Assembly (NCBI GenBank): GCA_963841915.1
Contig: CAWJEN010000005.1
Location: 448,001 to 512,000 of the forward strand
Origin: an uncultured Planctomycetota bacterium
Lineage (GTDB): Bacteria > Planctomycetota > Phycisphaerae > Tepidisphaerales > Tepidisphaeraceae
Length of the DNA stretch: 64,000 bases
Direction: 5' to 3'
Part shown: in pieces, positions 58,101 through 64,000 of the stretch
Position numbering within the stretch: position 1 is the stretch's first letter
How the letters are laid out: every line of letters begins with the position of its first letter
Program-made: the position numbers and the translations under genes
The notes under the pieces: generated by a model
Seen by the model: only the letters and a program-made list of their open reading frames with translations
What the model was told of the DNA's origin: nothing
The model's database searches: none

Positions 58101-58712
58101 CAGCTTGATGCGGGCATCTTCGCTGCGACCGGCCTCGACATCGGCGACGGCTGCCTCGTAGTAGCCTTGGTCGTTGCCGTAGCTCTCGTTGATTTCCCCG
58201 CGAAGCTCGGCGGTAGCGACGGCGGACAGCTCACGGGCTTTGGCCTGCGTGGCGGCATCGGCCATGCGGTTGTCGCTCGTCGCCTTCAATGAGGCGAGGG
58301 CTTCGGCGTAACGCTCCTGCTCGATAAGGGCTTGGGAGGTCGCAATGCCCTCTGCGGCGGCTTCGCGATCGGCCAAAGCCGACTCGCTGCGGGCCATCAG
58401 TGAGGCATGTTCGGCCTGAGCGTCGGCGTCGAGCGACTCGACGCTGATAGACCGAAGCAGCACGCGCGCGGCGGCGTACTCAGAACGTTCGACCCGCAGA
58501 CGGGCCAGGTCGAGCAGCGCGACGTCGCTGAAGCCTTCGCCGTCGTCGAGAACGGCAAACGCGCTGGCGACAGGCGTCAACGGCGTGACCGGCAACGCGA
58601 AGGCGGCGGCGGCGACGGCAGCGGCGGCAGCGGCAACGGCCAGGCGGCCGCGACGACGCGGGGTGGTCGAGGCGTCCGAGAACGACGATGTGGCGGTGCG
58701 GAAGTCAGTCAT
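55119..58712 (-). CDS. Large secretin-family (type II/IV GspD-like) protein with TPR region and poly-Gly insert
   Basis: QVNVETRF, AP.ITLFNGQ, VSADRRYV, TTVSVPDGGTLLLGG, GVPILSKVP...RLF, ILVRP.II. Confidence 0.88.
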   Translation of the reverse strand: MTDFRTATSSFSDASTTPRRRGRLAVAAAAAAVAAAAFALPVTPLTPVASAFAVLDDGEGFSDVALLDLARLRVERSEYAAARVLLRSISVESLDADAQAEHASLMARSESALADREAAAEGIATSQALIEQERYAEALASLKATSDNRMADAATQAKARELSAVATAELRGEINESYGNDQGYYEAAVADVEAGRSEDARIKLRALDAMGFQAGAFGPSPIVILGQLEGARDGGAPAEVVVIEGETAMPEGNAASDQAAEVVEVPAIEVAEVPVVEPAGPAPEQVAVGDARETYLKGMAAYRAMEFVEAKKLLEQAEAADYQPGLFEESIDDVLRRVEQRLAREADRAETPVADASEADRREALAQLDRGLTAQREGDEAEAAAAFREVRRLNPQLEDTIDPIEGSPEVESNGLGEFREGRETQRQLIRFRFNEAISSARVATANNDFSNAEIALQQARTAANVNPLIFSAEERNQFDTQIQTLSRTLDERRQNITERQREEDRRGAEDEARRRAEDRERETRATVERLIDDSQLAIEDGKFEAALALLNQILTIDPNNDYAIGVRPFIEDAALLKRQRQHYLGMRREKASVFTDAQEKRIPYSDILRYPENWPDLVAVRDRTVSDERGAEEADSALIAQLESPIGTPVEFDQVPFDDVVDFLRNATSAGIFVNYAELELLGIQRGAEVSLNVPGNVSLGKVIELTLNQLGSGFAQLDYTVDDGIITISTVEDLSKNVQTQVIDIRDLIVPIPDFDAEDANIGGQGGGGGGGGGGGGGFGGGGGGGGGGGFGGGGGGGGGGGFGGGGGGGGGGGDNEQDREELIEEIIDLIRETVASDSWKTNGGTIGAIAELNGQLVITQTSENLRAVTQLLSKLRETRAIQVNVETRFLTVQRNFLERIGVDFDFRFNFNGAQAGPGNPGIGPITVNQSNNSFTNPTGLITGAPGNLGASFDPAAGQALSTQFSGFLDDFQANILIEAVQQRRDVQSLTAPNITLFNGQQAYVAVQRRQQYVAELEAVVASGVVGYNPQIEEIQDGILLAVQATVSADRRYVTLTLEPQLQRINGITTFQVTGGIDNQGGVDGGGDGGIITGAFGGASPPSFLQLVDFETTQLATTVSVPDGGTLLLGGQTISGSVELESGVPILSKVPFLKRLFSNTSRAKDEQVLLILVRPKIIIQREIEQETFPLLAPSGN
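56268..56422 (-). repeat. Poly-Gly coding repeat ((G)n-F)x3
   Basis: About 45 GGN codons punctuated by three Phe codons inside the secretin. Confidence 0.85.
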
Positions 58713-59120
58713 GAGACCCTCAAGCGAGGATGGCGCGGGGGTGCAGCCCGGCATGGGTGGGCAATAGGCGGACGCGGCCCGGACGGGCCACAGAAAGTCG
58801 AGCGTCAGGTTGTCGCGCGGCCGGTCGCCGCGACAGTCGCAGGTCGCCGGAGCGGGCGGGGGCCGACGCGTCGGCGTGCTCCGACAGAGATGGCGTCGCC
58901 CGGCTCCTCCGCGTGCCGCGGGGGGCGACGGACCCGGACCGATGACATGCATCTGCCCGGCGTCAAGTGTCAAGATAGCGGTGTCCGTCGGCGGGTGCAA
59001 CCGTCCGGCCCCCTACGCATGGTCGCAAGGCACGTCCGGTAGTGCCTGTCCTGCCAGACCTGCAAACAACGCATCACGCCCGCCAATCTTTTGACGACCC
59101 GGTAGACGATAAGGAACAGC

Positions 59121-59567
59121 ATGAAGCCCCTTCTAAAACGACTCCTGTTCGGTGGCGTCGGTGGTGGAACCCTGTGGGCCGACCTGGCTCTGGCCCTTCC
59201 ACGCATCTACGGCGGCGCCATGCTCGCCTTCGGTCACGGCCTCTCCAAGGTCCCCGTCTCCGACGAATTTGTGAGCAACGTCGGCTCGATGGGCTTCCCG
59301 GCCCCGACCGCCAGCGCCTGGTTGGCCGCCTTGGGCGAACTCGTCGGTGGCATTCTGCTCGCGCTCGGCCTGCTGACGCGATTTGCCGCCTTGTGGGTCG
59401 TGGGCGTCATGGCGGGGGCAGCCTTCGTCACCCATGGAGCCAGCTTCACGGGTGAAGCCCCGTTGGCCGAGGCAGAGATGGCATTGCTATATCTCGTGAT
59501 CGCGTTGCCATTCATCGTGATCGGGAGCGGTCGCACCGGAATCGACCGGTTCCTTCGCAAGGCTTGA
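59121..59567 (+). CDS. DoxX-family membrane protein
   Basis: R...G......HG..K, E..GG.LL.LGL.TR, E..LLY, G.GR..ID. Confidence 0.9.
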   Translation: MKPLLKRLLFGGVGGGTLWADLALALPRIYGGAMLAFGHGLSKVPVSDEFVSNVGSMGFPAPTASAWLAALGELVGGILLALGLLTRFAALWVVGVMAGAAFVTHGASFTGEAPLAEAEMALLYLVIALPFIVIGSGRTGIDRFLRKA

Positions 59568-59586
59568 GGGCGTTGCAGCGCTCCGC

Positions 59587-62175
59587 TTACTCAGGGTAGA
59601 CCAGCGTCGGACGGTCGTCCTTTAAGAAAGTCGTCACGCTGATCGGCCCGTCGCGGGGCATCTCCACGGCGATGGCCCCGTCGCGGCCGGTCCGGTACAA
59701 CGGCACGTCGGTCACGAGGTCGTCGAGCCGCCGTTGTTTCTGACTCAGTCGGCGGCCGTCGCTGGAAATGACGTAGGCGGCGTCGACAGCCTGCAAAATC
59801 GCTTGTGTCTCCGGCTCTGTGCTGCCGTGGTGCGGGGCGACGAGCACATCGGCCCGCAGCAAGTCAGGGTCGGCGACCGCCTGCTCCAACAGGCCGACCA
59901 TCGCGTCGCGTTGGATGTCGCCCGTGATCAACATGCGGCGGCCGGCGTGTTCGAGACGCACCACGAGAGACACGTCATTGGCCGACCATTCCTCCAATGG
60001 CGCGGCAGGTGGCCACAGGACGCGCAGCGTCGTGTCGCTCGACAAGGCGATTGTCTCACCCGAAGAGACAACCCGGACCGGCAGATCAAGCCGATCAAAC
60101 TCAGCCAGAAGGTAACGGCCGGCCCCGTCGGTGGCGGCATCGCCTGCGAAGCGACTGGCGACGATCACCTCCGCCGGGTCGTACCGGGCGGCAATGTCGA
60201 CGCCCGCGTTGTAGTGGTCGGCATTGGCGTGACTGATGAGCAGCCGATCGACCTCTGCGTACCCGCCTGCCCGCAGGAAAGGGCCGATGGCCGAAGCCCA
60301 CGGCCGACCCAGCGACATGCTGCCGGCGTCGATGAGTGTCACGCCACCACCGGGAAGCTCGATCGCCGCACACTGTCCGGCACCGACGGCCAGCAGCGTC
60401 ACCCGCAGCGGCCGCTGGATCGGCGTCGTGCCGGGCCGGCCGGCGATGGGTATGACGAACACCAGCGTCGCCGTCACGATCAGGGGAATCCGAGCCGCCC
60501 ACTTCGCTGAGGCCGGCACCCAATCGGGTCGTCGAAGCCGCTGCGACGTCGTCAGCCAGAGCAAGATCAGCGACACGTAGAGCGCCAGAATCAGCCACAA
60601 CCCCGGCCGCGGAAGCGGCACGTCGGCACCGGGTAACGTCGCAAACCACTGCACAATCGCGTTCATCATCGCCACCGGTCCCGCCGCAATGTCGGCCCAC
60701 AGCCATGCCAGATCAGGCACGAGCAGCGTCAGCACGATCTTGGCGAGCCCCGCCAGGAGTGAGACGGCCACAAGGGGCGACGCGGCAAGGCTGGCCGGAA
60801 TTGCCCAGGCGTGGAACGAGCCGAAGTGCAGAGCGACGAGCGGCATGGACGCCACCCACGCCACCAAGGCTGCGGCCAAACCGGTGATCATCCGCTCATC
60901 GACCCGCGCCGCCAGCCGGACCAGCCGATCGTCCCGTCTGGCAAGGCTGGCATCGTCGTCGGGTCCCGTCGCCCCCTGCAGGTACCGCCGCACGCCACCA
61001 GAAAGCAACATCAGGCACAGAACGGCGACGAAGCTGAGCTGGAAGCCGGCGCGGTAGAGGTCGAGCGGCGTGATGACGAGCAACACGACCGCCGCCGCAG
61101 CGAGGAGTTGCACGCCTGCGGCGCGGCGTGACAACAACAGGCCGACGCCAAAGCTCAACGCCAGCAACGTCGCCCGCAGAACCGGCGGTGACGGATCGGC
61201 GGCAAAGGCATACATCAAGATGATCAGCCCGGTGAGCGTCGTCGCGACCTTCGGCCCGGCTCCGAGCAGGCGAACGAGCCCGAACGCGATGCCGCCGATG
61301 ATGCCGACGTGCAACCCGCTGACGGCCAAGAAGTGACTGGTTCCACTGGCGCGGAACGCTTCGCGGGCGTCGGCCATGGCCGGGTCGCGATCGCCGAGCA
61401 GCATCATGCGAAGCAACGCCGCCTCGTTTCGCTGATGCGCATCGAATCCGGCGGAGAAGGCCTGACGGATGACGCTGCGAAAGCGACGAGCCGGCGAAGG
61501 CGGCGGAGAGGCGAGCAGTTCGATCGTCGCCGGGCCGTCGGTGCGAAAGCTCGTCGGCGTTCGGCGACCGCGATAATAATTGGCGTAGTCGAACTGACCT
61601 GCATTGACGGCTGGCCCGGGCCGTTCAAGCCAGCCGAACAGGCGAACGATGTCTCCACCACCAAGACGCGGGTCGGGTCGGCTGATCTGGAGTAGCGTGC
61701 GACCGCTCGCCGATTGCCATTTCTCGCGGGTGCGGACGGCCGAAACGTCGACGAGCGTCGCCATGCGTGGCGGCAGCGGGCGGCCGATGTCGTTGGGCCG
61801 AATCAGCCGCGGGTCGTCGACGATCGTCCCCTCGATCCACGCCAGGCTCGGCTCGTCGCTGGCGAACCTGGCAATGTCGTCGACAGCAAAGCGGTAGTGG
61901 GCGACCTGAGCTGCCGTCAAGCCCAAGGCGATGAAGGCGATGACAAGCAACCCGCTCGCGACGCCACTGTGCCGCAAGAGCAGCGATGCGACGGTGAGGC
62001 TCACCGCGATCGCCATCCACGCCCATGGCACGATCGGCAATAGCTCGTGCAGCAAAATGCCACCGACTAAACCTAATGCTGCCGGGACAAAGGGGTGTTT
62101 AGCCGGTAGCGCGGCACGAAGCCGATCGCCCGGCACCCGGCCCTGCGTCGGCCAGGCTTTCGGCGAAGCGGGCAC
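59587..62175 (-). CDS. comEC: ComEC/Rec2 DNA uptake channel
   Basis: F..SG.SH.LAVSGLH, GFQLSF, VG.GQ, SHANADH, TGD, PHHGS metallo-beta-lactamase domain. Confidence 0.93.
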   Translation of the reverse strand: MPASPKAWPTQGRVPGDRLRAALPAKHPFVPAALGLVGGILLHELLPIVPWAWMAIAVSLTVASLLLRHSGVASGLLVIAFIALGLTAAQVAHYRFAVDDIARFASDEPSLAWIEGTIVDDPRLIRPNDIGRPLPPRMATLVDVSAVRTREKWQSASGRTLLQISRPDPRLGGGDIVRLFGWLERPGPAVNAGQFDYANYYRGRRTPTSFRTDGPATIELLASPPPSPARRFRSVIRQAFSAGFDAHQRNEAALLRMMLLGDRDPAMADAREAFRASGTSHFLAVSGLHVGIIGGIAFGLVRLLGAGPKVATTLTGLIILMYAFAADPSPPVLRATLLALSFGVGLLLSRRAAGVQLLAAAAVVLLVITPLDLYRAGFQLSFVAVLCLMLLSGGVRRYLQGATGPDDDASLARRDDRLVRLAARVDERMITGLAAALVAWVASMPLVALHFGSFHAWAIPASLAASPLVAVSLLAGLAKIVLTLLVPDLAWLWADIAAGPVAMMNAIVQWFATLPGADVPLPRPGLWLILALYVSLILLWLTTSQRLRRPDWVPASAKWAARIPLIVTATLVFVIPIAGRPGTTPIQRPLRVTLLAVGAGQCAAIELPGGGVTLIDAGSMSLGRPWASAIGPFLRAGGYAEVDRLLISHANADHYNAGVDIAARYDPAEVIVASRFAGDAATDGAGRYLLAEFDRLDLPVRVVSSGETIALSSDTTLRVLWPPAAPLEEWSANDVSLVVRLEHAGRRMLITGDIQRDAMVGLLEQAVADPDLLRADVLVAPHHGSTEPETQAILQAVDAAYVISSDGRRLSQKQRRLDDLVTDVPLYRTGRDGAIAVEMPRDGPISVTTFLKDDRPTLVYPE

Positions 62176-62184
62176 AAAGTGAAG

Positions 62185-63036
62185 CTAACGAAGCGGTGCC
62201 GATTCGACTAGTTCCGGCCGCATCATCGCACAGGTGACGTCGACGACCTGCCGCATCGCCCGCACGTCGTGGACCCGTACCGCCACCGCGCCGTGCGTGA
62301 TAGCCCAGGCCGCCGTCGCAGCCGTGCCGAACTGTCGACGGTCACTGTCGAGCTCGCCCGTCAGCGTGCCGATGAACCGTTTGCGACTGGTGCCGATCAG
62401 CAGCGGATGACCGAGGTCGGCCAGTCGCCGCGTCGCCGCCAGCAGGTCGAGATTGTGACGCATCGTCTTACCGAAGCCGATGCCGGGGTCGAGCATGACA
62501 CGAGACTGCTCGACACCGACGGCTGCGACACGTTCCTGCAGAAAGCTTGCAACCTCGGCGACGACATCGCCGTACGTCGGCTGTTGCTGCATCGTCCGCG
62601 GCGTGCCGAGCATGTGCATCAGCACCACGCCGGTCGCACGGCACATCACGGCCGACATTCTTTCGTCGCCTCGACCTGCAGTGACGTCATTGATGATCGA
62701 CGCGCCTTCACCCAATGCCGCGTCGGCCACGTCGGCGTCGGCGGTGTCGATGCTGACGACCACGCCGCGTGCGACTGCCGCTCGGACCGCGGGCAAAACG
62801 CGATGGATCTGCTCGCCCGCCTCGACCGGCTCGCTGCCGGGTCGTGTGCTCTCGCCACCGACGTCGATCCAGTCGGCCCCTTCGCCCGCCATCGCCCGCA
62901 CGCGTTCCGCGGCGTCTTCGGGCGAGAGGTACAGCCCGCCGTCGCTGAAGCTGTCGGGTGTGGCGTTGAGCACGCCGACGACGAGCGGGCGACGGTCCAC
63001 GTCGTTGAACCAGCTCGGCAATTCGTCTGGCGACAT
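62185..63036 (-). CDS. folP: Dihydropteroate synthase
   Basis: GVLNATPDSFSDGG, GGESTRPG, DPGIGFGK, SRKRF, VRVHDV. Confidence 0.97.
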   Translation of the reverse strand: MSPDELPSWFNDVDRRPLVVGVLNATPDSFSDGGLYLSPEDAAERVRAMAGEGADWIDVGGESTRPGSEPVEAGEQIHRVLPAVRAAVARGVVVSIDTADADVADAALGEGASIINDVTAGRGDERMSAVMCRATGVVLMHMLGTPRTMQQQPTYGDVVAEVASFLQERVAAVGVEQSRVMLDPGIGFGKTMRHNLDLLAATRRLADLGHPLLIGTSRKRFIGTLTGELDSDRRQFGTAATAAWAITHGAVAVRVHDVRAMRQVVDVTCAMMRPELVESAPLR

Positions 63037-63058
63037 CGGTTCACCTTACCGTCGCCAC

Positions 63059-63877
63059 ATGCCGCGACGATTGACAGACTACAAGGGCGTTCTGCTGGAT
63101 CTCGACGGCACGCTCGTCCGCCAAGACAAAGCGCTCAGCGGCGCGGCCGACCTTGTGCGTCACCTGCAACAGGCGGGTGTGCCGATGCTTGTCGTGACGA
63201 ACTCGACGAACGGGCCGGACGTCGTGGTAGAGCGACTGGCCAAGGCCGGTATGGCCGTGGGAGCCGACGGGGTCCTGACCGCCGCCGCTGCGGCGGTGGA
63301 CACCATTGCCGCACAGGCGCAGCGGTCGCATGACAGGCGACCACGCATCTTCAACCTCGGCCAGCCCGACATCGACAGCCTCATCACCGCCGTCGGCACG
63401 TTGGTCGACAATACACAATCGCCCTGCGACGCTGTCCTCGCCGGCACGCCCGGCAACGCCAAGGCCACCGACGAGCGCCGACGCGTGGCTTTGCAGCTAT
63501 TGCGTGACGGTGCCGAGCTTGTCGGCGTCTGTGCCGACCGCATTTACCCCAGCAGTCGCGGCATTGAATTCGGGTGCGGCGCGTTCTGTGCGATGCTCGG
63601 GTACGCCGCCGGTGTGCGTGCACGCTTTTGCGGCAAGCCGGAGCGAGCGTTTTTCGATGATGCACTCGCCCGGCTTGGTCACCCGCCGCCGGGCGACGTG
63701 CTCATCATCGGTGACAACCTCGAAGCCGACATTCTGGGCGGCAAGGCGGCGGGTATGAGAACCGGCCTGGTCCTCGGTGGTGTGACACGGCAGCGCGACA
63801 TCGAGAGCCTCGGCGATGTCATGCGACCGACGTTTATGGTCGACGACCTGCCGTCGCTGCTGAACAACCTCGGCTGA
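63059..63877 (+). CDS. HAD-IIA hydrolase (NagD-like)
   Basis: DLDGTL, VTN, GKP, IGDNLEADILGG. Confidence 0.9.
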   Translation: MPRRLTDYKGVLLDLDGTLVRQDKALSGAADLVRHLQQAGVPMLVVTNSTNGPDVVVERLAKAGMAVGADGVLTAAAAAVDTIAAQAQRSHDRRPRIFNLGQPDIDSLITAVGTLVDNTQSPCDAVLAGTPGNAKATDERRRVALQLLRDGAELVGVCADRIYPSSRGIEFGCGAFCAMLGYAAGVRARFCGKPERAFFDDALARLGHPPPGDVLIIGDNLEADILGGKAAGMRTGLVLGGVTRQRDIESLGDVMRPTFMVDDLPSLLNNLG

Positions 63878-63897
63878 GCATCGACGTACCGTGCAGA

Positions 63898-64000
63898 ATG
63901 TCTGCTATTCGCGTGCTGATCGCTGCTGCTGCATTGCTCGCTCTACCAGCCGCGGCCCAGGAGGACAATGCGACGCTGCCCGACACGTCGCAGCTCTACG
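63898..64000 (+). CDS. Secreted protein, 5' fragment (runs off the window)
   Basis: MSAIRVLIAAAALLALPAAA-QEDN signal peptide. Confidence 0.6.
   Translation, partial: MSAIRVLIAAAALLALPAAAQEDNATLPDTSQLY

Noticed and set aside
56097..58292. Long antisense ORFs (also 30641-32239, 41523-43064, 12277-13392 and the poly-Pro ORF 55975-56556)
   Set aside because: Shadow frames of GC-rich genes with clear motifs on the opposite strand
62480..63058. Long N-terminal extensions in the ORF track (HAD hydrolase; also pyk, secretin, GT-C and the Gfo gene at 38779)
   Set aside because: They overlap neighbouring genes or promoters and lack family similarity, so downstream ATGs were chosen

Overview
A GC-rich bacterial chromosomal segment. 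Gene content points to Planctomycetota, probably Phycisphaerae: a large Gly-rich secretin, an ECF sigma factor with a TPR-type Ser/Thr kinase, PEP-CTERM proteins and a DUF1844 protein. Most of the window is housekeeping (leuS, ppdK, ndk, gap, hldD/hldE, rmlA/rmlC, scpB, hisS, tig, upp, leuD, pyk, rpmB, comEC, folP). Four things stand out. (1) A plasmid-style type Ib partition cassette (short ParA, a ribbon-helix-helix partner and a GACACC palindrome cluster) lies about 1.3 kb from an AT-rich cluster of DnaA-box-like sites that may be oriC. (2) An accessory block at about 40.7-51.6 kb carries two convergent NERD nuclease genes, an ECF sigma / GNAT-like / methyltransferase / TPR-kinase operon, two lectins, two different degenerate 21-bp tandem arrays and a G-rich heptamer run. 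(3) A probable 6S-like structured RNA lies next to rpmB. (4) Several genes are decaying or frameshifted. I recognised no tRNA, rRNA, CRISPR array, integrase, transposase or reverse transcriptase. All calls come from reading motifs by eye; no database searches were run.
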